Below are positions 1 through 7,738 of a stretch of DNA of 32,000 nt, piece after piece. Numbering within the stretch: position 1 is the first letter of the stretch; every line of letters starts with the position of its first letter. Made by a program: the position numbers and the translations under genes. Under the pieces are notes generated by a model. It saw nothing but the letters and a program-made list of their open reading frames with translations. It was not told where the DNA came from and searched no databases. Source of the DNA: Nitrososphaera viennensis EN76 (lineage in GTDB: Archaea > Thermoproteota > Nitrososphaeria > Nitrososphaerales > Nitrososphaeraceae); NCBI RefSeq assembly GCF_000698785.1, contig NZ_CP007536.1:1290001-1322000 (forward strand), written 5' to 3'.

Positions 1-150
1 GCGTACATCAAGGACCTGAGCGCCGCGGCAGTAGTGTGCCCATACTGCGAGTTGCCTTTCGACTCCAAGGAAGCATTGTCAAAGCACATCGACAGGCTGC
101 ACACAGGATCGGGCGTACTTGAAGGCGACGTCCGCAGGACATTTGAATAG
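1..150 (+). CDS. 3' end of a small C2H2 zinc-finger protein (5' end lies outside the window)
   Basis: Frame 1 is open from base 1 to TAG at 148-150. The translation AYIKDLSAAAVVCPYCELPFDSKEALSKHIDRLHTGSGVLEGDVRRTFE contains C-x2-C-x3-F-x5-L-x2-H-x4-H. Confidence 0.5.
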   Translation, partial: AYIKDLSAAAVVCPYCELPFDSKEALSKHIDRLHTGSGVLEGDVRRTFE

Positions 151-200
151 TTAATATAAGCAGGGCGAAAATATCGCAACAGTACGCTTGCTGAGCGCGT

Positions 201-275
201 GCCGGGGTAGCTCAGCTTGGTTAGAGCGTACGACTCATAATCGTAAGGTCGCGGGCTCAAATCCCGCCTCCGGCA
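201..275 (+). tRNA. tRNA with anticodon CAU (elongator Met or Ile2)
   Basis: Cloverleaf folded by eye. Acceptor GCCGGGG/CTCCGGC has one G-U pair. Anticodon stem is TACGA/TCGTA with loop CTCATAA. T arm is GCGGG-CTCAAAT-CCCGC. No CCA is encoded. The anticodon stem lacks the three consecutive G-C pairs typical of initiator tRNA. Confidence 0.9.
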
Positions 276-362
276 CTACTACCTTATTTATCACATACAC
301 ATTCGCGTCTCATTTCAGCACGGAAATTAAATGCAACAAAGCAACAAGGCCAACAAGAAAAA

Positions 363-602
363 ATGTTTTTATCTCTTTTGCATACCATTAGAGTATTGAC
401 CGCTCCGTTGCCAAAAGAATACAAATGCAAGATTTGTGGGACAGTTCTGGTAGACAGAGAACACCTGAACAGGCACAAGCAAGTACACAAGGGCAAGTTA
501 GTGGAATTTGGCGATCCCTACGCTATCCAAGTTGTTGGGGCGCCGCAGGACACTACTATCGTTCGCGCAGTGAGTAACCTTTTAGGAAAAGGGGAGAAAT
601 AA
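363..602 (+). CDS. small C2H2 zinc-finger protein (79 aa maximal ORF; start uncertain)
   Basis: The ORF-track protein contains EYKCKICGTVLVDREHLNRHKQVHKG, which fits Y-x-C-x2-C-x12-H-x3-H, the classical TFIIIA-type spacing. An AT-rich stretch lies upstream. Confidence 0.55.
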   Translation: MFLSLLHTIRVLTAPLPKEYKCKICGTVLVDREHLNRHKQVHKGKLVEFGDPYAIQVVGAPQDTTIVRAVSNLLGKGEK

Positions 603-635
603 TTAATTCATTGTTAAAAGATCTTTTGCACGCTT

Positions 636-661
636 GTTATGCAACAAAAGCATTGCATAAC
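636..661. repeat. perfect 9-bp inverted repeat GTTATGCAA-(8 nt)-TTGCATAAC, nested inside a looser outer inverted repeat (CTTTTGCA at 623-630 and TGCAAAAG at 683-690)
   Basis: Read directly from the AT-rich spacer between the convergent genes 363..602 (+) and 1015..2727 (-). Confidence 0.6.
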
Positions 662-854
662 TTGTTGCATAGTCAGTGATCTTGCAAAAAGTCATCAACA
701 CTAAATTTTATGAAGCAAACAATCAAGTATGACTATAAAATTTTCCGACTTTGTTATTTTTAATATGGTATATCTATCCCCCTACCACGTCAACGCTTTA
801 TTCCTGACAAGATATAGAAGCTTCTGACATTTGGCAGAGGACTTGAACGATCAC

Positions 855-874
855 GGCTACTTCTGAGCCTTTGG
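855..874. repeat. left copy of a permuted direct repeat (GGCTACTTCTGA overlapping TGAGCCTTTGG)
   Basis: The 12-mer GGCTACTTCTGA (855-866) recurs at 3211-3222. The 11-mer TGAGCCTTTGG (864-874) recurs at 3202-3212. Further collinear matches are ATCGGACC (927-934 and 3224-3231) and CAATTGA (943-949 and 3245-3251). Confidence 0.6.
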
Positions 875-1014
875 ATATTAATGAGACAGTCAGACGACAA
901 TGATCTTTGTAATATTCGTTAAACAGATCGGACCTGTCGCAACAATTGAGAGCCATCCTATTATGATGTCGGCTATGGTACCAGCGACTGCTAGTATCAG
1001 CTTATATCTTGATA

Positions 1015-2727
1015 TTAGCAATTCGGCCTTGATAGGCTAAAGCGCTTGTATTTCGCTGCAACTAAGAGTGATCCTATTGTTAGCGCTGCGATTGCTGTAG
1101 CGATGGATGAACCAAATTCTGGAGTCACTGTAGTCCCTACGATTTCAATTAATACAGCTGAACGATGATCTGTTGTATCGTCTGTGATGTTGACGATTGA
1201 CCATCCTTCAATTTTGTCAATGTCAGCCTTTATCTTGCTACAAAACTCCTCGGTCTGTGTTGTGAGACAGTCTTTGGATTCTTCGGTAGGGTACAACTGT
1301 GTTCCATTGATAAAAATAGCCATGTCTCCGTCTATGAGACTGCTTGGAAGGTACAGCATCACGTCTCTTTCTCCAATTCTGTCCCCGGCCCTCGGTCCTT
1401 GAAGGGTCATAGAAAGCGTCTTTGTATTCTCGTCGATTTTGGGTCCGTCAGTTATTGCCTCGTACCCAACGCTCAAGAATAAGTTATACTGAGGATTTCC
1501 GTACTGGCTGATAGGCTGCGCAACTCCACTCACGGGCCCTTCCACTATTGGTATCGTATTGGAAGGAATGGTACAAGGCTTGCTGTTGCAGATTTCAGTA
1601 AAAGTTAGATAGAGACCAGAATTTATTGGGTTGAAGTCGATGCCAGATGCCTGAATGCCACTGTTTATGACGTGAGCCATAATAGTTCCATCCCTATTTA
1701 GGACGCCTCCTCTCTCGTAACAGGCACCATTCACATGACCTTCATTTGTTGAAGAAAGGAGGGTTTGATTCCTTGTTCCATCAGGCGATATTGCAACCAA
1801 TGGTCCTCCACATCGATAGTAGCCCACCGAATAAACTATTGCTGAATCATTCATGACCCATCGTGGGAATGCAATAGAGTAAGCTTGCTTCCATATTACC
1901 TTTGAAGAAATGACGTAAGGATTATTGTCAGCCTGTACACCAGCCGAGTCAGTCGAATTATCACGATTGTTCTGGCCAAGCTTCAGGGTAACAATCTCAT
2001 CACCATAGCAATTCCCATCTATATTTATCTGACAAGGTTGCTGGCCTATCACCTGCCTGACAAGAAGGAGCGTTGTTCCATCCTGGCTAAGGTCAAAATA
2101 CTGGACATTTGTGACAGAATCAAGCACGGTTTCGGATCCTGTCCTAAGGTCATGAATGCGTATTTGGTAAGCCAGCAAGCCACTTTCCACAGAATTAGGC
2201 TCAAACATCAAGTAAATAATGTGGTTGCCATCTGGCATCCAATCAAACTCAGTAAAGTTTCCTTGAAACTGAAAATTCTGGGTTGCTTTAGTTTTCAAAT
2301 CAAATATTTCTAGCTGGCTGGAAGAGTCCGGTGGCATTGTGTGCGTAAAGGCTATCTTGCTCCCATTGGGGTTAAAGCGTGCTGTAGAAATAAATTCACC
2401 CTGCCTAAATTCTGCGATCGTCATCAGTTTCGTTCCATTCGCCCCGTACAACATTACCCTAGGTTCAAAACCGGATGTTGAAACTACAAGAATGTCTTCT
2501 CTAGGACTCCAGTCAGCCGGCCCATCCGCATTAGAGATTTTCCAAGTATCTTTGTAGAACAGGGATGGAATCAGTGTATCTGAAGTTACTTCTGCAACCG
2601 CATCTCTTGGCATAAGAAAACTTGAATAGCCTAGGATGAATATGATGACAAGCATCAAGCCCGATATGGAGCTAAATGGCAATTGATGTGGATTATGGCA
2701 TGTTGCTTTTGAATATTTGGCTTTCAT
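1015..2727 (-). CDS. secreted or surface beta-propeller protein (PD40/TolB-like repeats) with a PEFG-CTERM-type sorting signal
   Basis: 570-aa ORF with an N-terminal hydrophobic anchor (LMLVIIFILGYSSFL). It has repeated PD40-like motifs: NPNGSKIAF, MPDGNHIIY, SQDGTTLLL, SPDGTRNQT, NRDGTIMAH. The C-terminus TPEFGSSIATAIAALTIGSLLVAAKYKRFSLSRPNC has the motif, transmembrane helix and basic cluster expected of archaeosortase/exosortase substrates. Confidence 0.75.
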   Translation of the reverse strand: MKAKYSKATCHNPHQLPFSSISGLMLVIIFILGYSSFLMPRDAVAEVTSDTLIPSLFYKDTWKISNADGPADWSPREDILVVSTSGFEPRVMLYGANGTKLMTIAEFRQGEFISTARFNPNGSKIAFTHTMPPDSSSQLEIFDLKTKATQNFQFQGNFTEFDWMPDGNHIIYLMFEPNSVESGLLAYQIRIHDLRTGSETVLDSVTNVQYFDLSQDGTTLLLVRQVIGQQPCQINIDGNCYGDEIVTLKLGQNNRDNSTDSAGVQADNNPYVISSKVIWKQAYSIAFPRWVMNDSAIVYSVGYYRCGGPLVAISPDGTRNQTLLSSTNEGHVNGACYERGGVLNRDGTIMAHVINSGIQASGIDFNPINSGLYLTFTEICNSKPCTIPSNTIPIVEGPVSGVAQPISQYGNPQYNLFLSVGYEAITDGPKIDENTKTLSMTLQGPRAGDRIGERDVMLYLPSSLIDGDMAIFINGTQLYPTEESKDCLTTQTEEFCSKIKADIDKIEGWSIVNITDDTTDHRSAVLIEIVGTTVTPEFGSSIATAIAALTIGSLLVAAKYKRFSLSRPNC

Positions 2728-2799
2728 GATTGGCCGAAGACCCCGTATTATCTATCCGTCCAATCATGTCTCCTTCCTTTGTACTGAATGCCGGCGTTG

Positions 2800-3165
2800 C
2801 TAGTGGATCTGGTGTTCCAACACAGTAAAATCGAAGTTCGGCCACGGATCATCCGCAGAATTTTTGTACACCGTAGCTAGAATTATTTCTCGGATGAAGC
2901 CGTTGGGATAAGTATCCGAAGGTTCTGAAAGCTGTTTACTGGCTTTGTATGAAACAATTACTTCTACAAAATCCCTCTGAATATCTACCTTGGCATCTGG
3001 ATACTTTGAAAGAAAATATTGCACATCCTTGACTTGCTTACTCTTTGTGATTAATTGTTCATTCGATAGGGCTGTTATTGGTTTGAAGACAAATGCAAAT
3101 ACTGCGATAAAGATTATCCCTAAAGATATAGCAACGGCGACCGCACCAGCCAAGCTATCTGTCAA
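2800..3165 (-). CDS. small N-terminally membrane-anchored hypothetical protein (121 aa; TTG is the only available start)
   Basis: ORF track. One N-terminal transmembrane helix (AVAVAISLGIIFIAVFAFVF). It lies 72 nt upstream of, and co-oriented with, the propeller gene. Confidence 0.5.
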   Translation of the reverse strand: MTDSLAGAVAVAISLGIIFIAVFAFVFKPITALSNEQLITKSKQVKDVQYFLSKYPDAKVDIQRDFVEVIVSYKASKQLSEPSDTYPNGFIREIILATVYKNSADDPWPNFDFTVLEHQIH

Positions 3166-3201
3166 TTGTTTTGAACACCATTGTTAGGTATAGGTCTCTT
3201 T

Positions 3202-3222
3202 TGAGCCTTTGGCTACTTCTGA
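3202..3222. repeat. right copy of the permuted direct repeat (TGAGCCTTTGG overlapping GGCTACTTCTGA)
   Basis: See the 855..874 entry. The same two oligomers occur here in the opposite order, followed by ATCGGACC and CAATTGA. Confidence 0.6.
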
Positions 3223-3512
3223 AATCGGACCAAAATAATCTTTTCAATTGATGCGACAGTGACGCATTGCTATATGGGAATAATACACTATATCAATAAC
3301 TGTTCAGGCATATGATATCATATGAGCCTAGCAACCGACGCTTGTGCATTGGGGCAATGCGGGATAGGTGGGAAGTGTAGATTAATTCTTTTAAGCAAAC
3401 AAGCCGTTCCACTGGAAGCACGCCCCCTCCCATCTTCCGCGCACTGACGAATAATCAGGTGCCGGCCTGCATAGAGATGAGCTGAAACCTCCTCTTGCAC
3501 TTTTTTGCAAGG

Positions 3513-3520
3513 ATTATATA
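3513..3520 (+). promoter_or_regulatory. TATA-like box (ATTATATA) about 30 nt upstream of tRNA-Phe
   Basis: An AT-rich octamer at the spacing expected for an archaeal promoter. It is preceded by the purine-rich GCAAGG. Confidence 0.4.
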
Positions 3521-3546
3521 CGGTGCACAAAAAGTAGTCAGCCAGT

Positions 3547-3620
3547 GCCGTCGTAGCTCAGCCTGGGAGAGCACTCCGCTGAAGACGGAGCCGTCGTGAG
3601 CTCAAATCTCACCGACGGCA
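3547..3620 (+). tRNA. tRNA-Phe (GAA)
   Basis: Acceptor GCCGTCG/CGACGGC. Anticodon stem CTCCG/CGGAG with loop CTGAAGA. T arm GTGAG-CTCAAAT-CTCAC. Discriminator A. Confidence 0.92.
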
Positions 3621-3629
3621 CTCTTACAT

Positions 3630-4991
3630 TTACATCTTTTTCTTTGTAACATCTTTGACAAGCTTGGCGACGTTGTCCACAATCTTGCCAGAGGCGGCAA
3701 GGTGGTTCTCTGCCTGAAAGATGGCAGCAATCTCTTTTCTTGAGAGGTGCCTGCCGATGCTCTCATCCCTTGACACGGCATCGAGGAACTGCTCGCCCGA
3801 CTCTATCGCTGCAAAGGCCACGCGCTGGATGTCCCGGTAGGCGTCAAAGCGCGCGACGCCCTTTTTCACGAGCGCCTCAAGCACAAACTCGGCGTAGATC
3901 TGCCCCTTTGTCATGTCGAGGTTTGCAGTCACGCGTTCCTTGTTCACCTTCAGCTCTGCTACCACCTTGGTCATTGCATTCAGCATCTCGTCAAGCAGGA
4001 CGGCGGCCATCGGGAGCGTGAAACGCTCGTTTGCCGAGTTTGACAGGTCACGCTCATGCCACAGCGGTATGTTATCCATCGACACTGAAACGAGCGACTT
4101 TAACATCCTTGCAAGCGAAGACACGCGCTCGCTCTTTATCGGGTTGCGCTTGACGGGAACGGCGCTGGAGCCCATCTGACCCTTTTTGAAGGGCTCGGCA
4201 ACCTCGGCGATTTCGGTGCGCTGCAGGTTGCGTATCTCTATCGCAATCTTGTCAAGCGTCGACCCTATGAGGGCCATCAGAAACTGCATCTCGGAATAGC
4301 GCTCCCTTGGGATCACCTGCGTTGCGGCGTCCACCGGCCAGAGGCCAAGGTCGCCTGCGACCAGTTTTTCCACCTCAAGGGCCCGCTCGCCCATCAATGA
4401 TCCTGTGCCAACGACCCCGCGGGTCTTGCAGAGGAGAAAGCGCTTCTTGCCCTCCTCTATGCGCTCCACGTGGCGCGCCATCTCTGACGCCCACACTGCA
4501 AATTTCAGCCCAAAAGATATGATGCTTGCGTGCTGGCCGTGCGTGCGCCCGACCGCCGGCAAGTCCCGGAACTCGACTGCCCTGTCCGCAAGCGACTGCG
4601 CAAGCTTTGCCACCTTTCCCTCGATTATCGAGAAAGCGTCGCGCATCTGCATGCATGTTGAAGTGTCGACGACGTCGTTGCTGGTAAGCCCATAGTGCAC
4701 CCATGGCTTGGCGCCTGATGGCACCTGCTCGCTTATCGCCTCCACCATGGCCGCCGTGTCGTGCTCGCTTTTTGCCTCTAGTTCCGCGACGCGCTCTAGC
4801 GTGATTTTTCCAGATTTTGCAGCCCTGCCAATCTCTTTTGCCGCGTCCTCGGGAACCATCTTGATCCTTGCCTGCACCTTGGCGACCGCAGCTTCAAAGT
4901 CCAGTTGATACTGGAGGCGCTGCTCGTCGCTGAAAATCGCGCGCATCTCCTTGCTACCGTATCGTCCCGAGTCTATGGGCAGTATTGGCAC
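3630..4991 (-). CDS. purB: adenylosuccinate lyase
   Basis: The ORF-track protein has typical PurB/fumarate-lyase-family features: an N-terminal PIDSGRYGSKEMRAIFSDE, then GLTSNDVVDT, and the signature-like SSAVPVKRNP. The maximal ORF runs to a TTG at 5039. A GVG at 4991, giving MPILPIDSGRYG, fits family N-termini better. Confidence 0.85.
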   Translation of the reverse strand: MPILPIDSGRYGSKEMRAIFSDEQRLQYQLDFEAAVAKVQARIKMVPEDAAKEIGRAAKSGKITLERVAELEAKSEHDTAAMVEAISEQVPSGAKPWVHYGLTSNDVVDTSTCMQMRDAFSIIEGKVAKLAQSLADRAVEFRDLPAVGRTHGQHASIISFGLKFAVWASEMARHVERIEEGKKRFLLCKTRGVVGTGSLMGERALEVEKLVAGDLGLWPVDAATQVIPRERYSEMQFLMALIGSTLDKIAIEIRNLQRTEIAEVAEPFKKGQMGSSAVPVKRNPIKSERVSSLARMLKSLVSVSMDNIPLWHERDLSNSANERFTLPMAAVLLDEMLNAMTKVVAELKVNKERVTANLDMTKGQIYAEFVLEALVKKGVARFDAYRDIQRVAFAAIESGEQFLDAVSRDESIGRHLSRKEIAAIFQAENHLAASGKIVDNVAKLVKDVTKKKM

Positions 4992-5075
4992 AGGAGAGGG
5001 GCATGCGGCGCTGAAATTAAATCTTGCCGGCGCAGGCAAGGCTTATAATGACTCCGGCGCCAATTTTGTAGCAAA

Positions 5076-6548
5076 TTGACAGAGATTGCTACAAGGGCTG
5101 GCCTCAAGGTGAGGAAGGTAGGCGACAGGGAGTTCAGGATTGACGCCGACGCCTCGCGGGGCATGAAGGTGCCGGTCAGCATTTACGCTAACGATTCGCT
5201 CATTTCCAAGATGGTGACAGACAGGACCATCGACCAGGCGGCAAACGTCGCCACCCTGCCGGGCGTGAGAAAGCACGTCGTGGTGTTGCCGGACGGCCAC
5301 GAGGGCTATGGCTTTCCGGTGGGAGGTGTGGCCGCGACCGACGTCGAGGAGGGCGTGATAAGCCCCGGCGGCGTGGGCTATGACATCAACTGCGGCGTGA
5401 GGCTTCTCCGCACAAACCTCACGGAAAGCGACGTGAGGCCGCGCCTCAAGGACCTCGTGAACGACCTGTTCAAGTCCATTCCCTCCGGCGTTGGAAGCGA
5501 GGGCGCCGTGAGGCTGAGCAAGTCGGAACTGGACGAGCTCTTGGTCGAAGGCGTCGGCTGGGCGGTGAGGCACGGCTACGGCACAAGCCACGACGCAGAG
5601 GTGTGCGAGGAATCCGGCACGATGAAGGGCGCCGACCCCGGAAGCGTGTCTGACACTGCAAGAAAGAGGGGCGCGCCGCAGCTTGGCTCGCTTGGCTCTG
5701 GCAACCATTTTCTGGAACTGCAAAAGGTGGACAGGATTTTTGACGAGCGGGCGGCAAAGGCGATGGGCATCGAGAAAGAAGGGCAGCTGACGGTGCTGGT
5801 GCACTGCGGCTCCCGGGGTTTTGGCCACCAGATCTGCACCGATTATTTGCGCGTGTCCGAGTCTGCGCTGCGCAAGTACAGCATCTCGCTCCCTGACAGG
5901 GAGCTTGCGTGCGTGCCAAACAACTCCAAGGAAGGAGAGAGCTACAGAAAGGCCATGTTCTCCGCCCTCAACTTTGCGTGGGCCAACCGCCAGATGATAA
6001 CCCACTGGACAAGAAAGACGTTCGAGCGCTTTTTCGGCATGTCAGAGGACGGATTAAAGATGGACCTTGTGTACGATGTGTCGCACAACATAGCCAAGGT
6101 GGAGCGCCACAGGATTGACGGCGAGGGGACCCGCGATGTGGTGGTACACCGCAAGGGCGCGACAAGGGCGTTTCCTTCCGGCATGGAGCAGGTTCCCGGC
6201 AAGTACCGCGACCTCGGGCAGCCGGTGATAATACCGGGCTCGATGGGCACTGCAAGCTGGATACTGCTTGGCGGCAAGAACTCGCTTGACCTCAGCTTTG
6301 GCTCGACTGCGCATGGCGCCGGCAGGACCATGTCAAGGTCTGCGGCAAAGCGCAGCTACACGCCCGAAGGCGTCCGGGGGAACCTGGAGTCAAGAGGCAT
6401 ATACCTCAAGGCGCTGACAAAGGACGGCATGGTGGAAGAGACGCCGGAGGCGTACAAGGACGTCGATGCAGTGGCAGACGTGTCGGACTCGCTTGGCATC
6501 GCCACAAAGGTAGTGAGGCTTGTACCCATCGGGGTGATAAAGGGTTGA
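5076..6548 (+). CDS. rtcB: RNA-splicing ligase RtcB (3'-phosphate/5'-hydroxyl RNA ligase)
   Basis: 490-aa ORF with RtcB hallmarks: LPDGHEGYGFPVGGV, GGVGYDINCGVR, GSGNHFLE, HCGSRGFGHQ and STAHGAGR. No intein-sized insertion is present. The start is a TTG. A TATA-like CTTATAATG sits at 5042-5050. Confidence 0.93.
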   Translation: MTEIATRAGLKVRKVGDREFRIDADASRGMKVPVSIYANDSLISKMVTDRTIDQAANVATLPGVRKHVVVLPDGHEGYGFPVGGVAATDVEEGVISPGGVGYDINCGVRLLRTNLTESDVRPRLKDLVNDLFKSIPSGVGSEGAVRLSKSELDELLVEGVGWAVRHGYGTSHDAEVCEESGTMKGADPGSVSDTARKRGAPQLGSLGSGNHFLELQKVDRIFDERAAKAMGIEKEGQLTVLVHCGSRGFGHQICTDYLRVSESALRKYSISLPDRELACVPNNSKEGESYRKAMFSALNFAWANRQMITHWTRKTFERFFGMSEDGLKMDLVYDVSHNIAKVERHRIDGEGTRDVVVHRKGATRAFPSGMEQVPGKYRDLGQPVIIPGSMGTASWILLGGKNSLDLSFGSTAHGAGRTMSRSAAKRSYTPEGVRGNLESRGIYLKALTKDGMVEETPEAYKDVDAVADVSDSLGIATKVVRLVPIGVIKG

Positions 6549-6952
6549 GCGGCAGCGGCGACGACCCGGACATTGAGATCATAAAGGCGCGCAAGATGAA
6601 GGAGATGCGCGAAAAGGCCGCTGCGTTTGAAAAGGCGGCCAAGAGCGCGCCTCAGGCGCCGGAAAAGAAAAAGAAGGCGCCAAGAGAAATAGTCGCCGCG
6701 TACCTTTACGACAGGGGCGACGAGGTGCTCAACGCTGCATATGCGCAGTTCCCGGCGCAGACCGAGGCCATCGTGACAAAGATATCAGAACTGATACTTG
6801 CCGGCGAGCTCCAGTCCCGGATATCCGGAGGGGAACTCCTGTCATTGTTCAGGTCGGTAGGCCTGCGCGTCAGGATCGACACTTCAATCAAGGTGGAAAA
6901 GGACGGCAAGCTGATATCGTTTTCTGACAGGCTGAAGCAGGACAATGAGTAG
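6545..6952 (+). CDS. PDCD5/TFAR19-like dsDNA-binding protein
   Basis: 135 aa. It has an N-terminal DPDIEIIKARKMKEMREK helix and a later LNAAYAQFPAQTEAIVTKISELILAGELQSRISGGELLSLF region, resembling archaeal PDCD5 homologs. The TTG start overlaps the rtcB stop (TTGA). Confidence 0.55.
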   Translation: MSGSGDDPDIEIIKARKMKEMREKAAAFEKAAKSAPQAPEKKKKAPREIVAAYLYDRGDEVLNAAYAQFPAQTEAIVTKISELILAGELQSRISGGELLSLFRSVGLRVRIDTSIKVEKDGKLISFSDRLKQDNE

Positions 6953-7292
6953 CAACAATCCTCTTGGCACTTTCATCCTTGACTTCCAGACCACCACGTT
7001 TGAGCCTGACGCCAAGATAGCAAACGATGTGCTTTCTGAACTGCAGAGGCGCTGCGAACTGGAAAACCAGTACGCGCTGGATCCGCCGATGGAGCGCGCC
7101 GGCTGGTCGTTTGCCAAGGTTTTCATGTCCGGGCAGTTTGTCGAAAAGATCCGCGACAGGCACGGCTACGAAATCGAGAAGTCAAAGGGCAGGAAATTTG
7201 ACGACCGGTTCGTCGCGTGGCTTGCAAGCGAGTTGAAAAAACGCGGCTGCGGGGCGAACATAAAACTCGCCCCGGAAATGAAAGAGATCTAG
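6945..7292 (+). CDS. hypothetical protein (115 aa), translationally coupled to the upstream gene
   Basis: ORF track. Its ATG overlaps the preceding stop (ATGAGTAG). Composition looks coding and matches the surrounding high-GC genes. I recognise no motif. Confidence 0.55.
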   Translation: MSSNNPLGTFILDFQTTTFEPDAKIANDVLSELQRRCELENQYALDPPMERAGWSFAKVFMSGQFVEKIRDRHGYEIEKSKGRKFDDRFVAWLASELKKRGCGANIKLAPEMKEI

Positions 7293-7696
7293 ACTCTGCG
7301 TCCTCTTCTTCCGCCGGGCTTTCTTGTCGTGTCGTGCGGGATTGGAGTCACATCGTCAATCCTGCCGATGCGAAATCCAGCCCTCGCAAGCGCCCTGATT
7401 GCCGCCTGCGCACCGGGACCCGGTATCCTCGGTCCGACGCCGCCAACCGCCCTCACGCGGATGTGCAGCGCGTTGATGCCCTTGCCCTTGGCCACTTCGG
7501 CGGCCGCAACCGCGGACTTCATGGCTGCGTAGGGCGACGACTCGTACCTGTCAGCAGTGACGTGGCGTCCGCCGGAGCTGAATGAAATAGTTTCGCTGCC
7601 ACTCAGGTCGGTGATATGCACAAGAGTGTTATTGTAACTGCTAAAGATGTGGGCTACTCCCCACCTTGTCTGCGTAACTTCGTCTTGCTCAGACAT
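7289..7696 (-). CDS. rps11: 30S ribosomal protein S11 (uS11)
   Basis: 135 aa with the uS11 blocks [27 protein letters not shown] and [43 protein letters not shown]. Confidence 0.93.
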   Translation of the reverse strand: MSEQDEVTQTRWGVAHIFSSYNNTLVHITDLSGSETISFSSGGRHVTADRYESSPYAAMKSAVAAAEVAKGKGINALHIRVRAVGGVGPRIPGPGAQAAIRALARAGFRIGRIDDVTPIPHDTTRKPGGRRGRRV

Positions 7697-7738
7697 GTTG
7701 GTAGATAGTTTCGTCTTTTTAGAGGGTTAAAAACGTTG

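Noticed and set aside
3318-3530. 70-aa minus-strand ORF upstream of tRNA-Phe
   Set aside because: It overlaps the tRNA promoter region. The translation is not protein-like (Cys/Arg/Ala/His-rich) and it has no plausible promoter.
5043-6005. 320-aa ORF on the minus strand, plus several 60-150-aa ORFs in other frames between 5.4 and 6.6 kb
   Set aside because: It is entirely antisense to, or out of frame with, rtcB, which has unambiguous family motifs. The translation is Ala/Arg/His/Pro-rich, typical of shadow frames in high-GC coding DNA. The same reasoning applies to 8553..9224, 10031..10633, 14688..15455, 28478..29095, 29758..30249 and 29831..30313.
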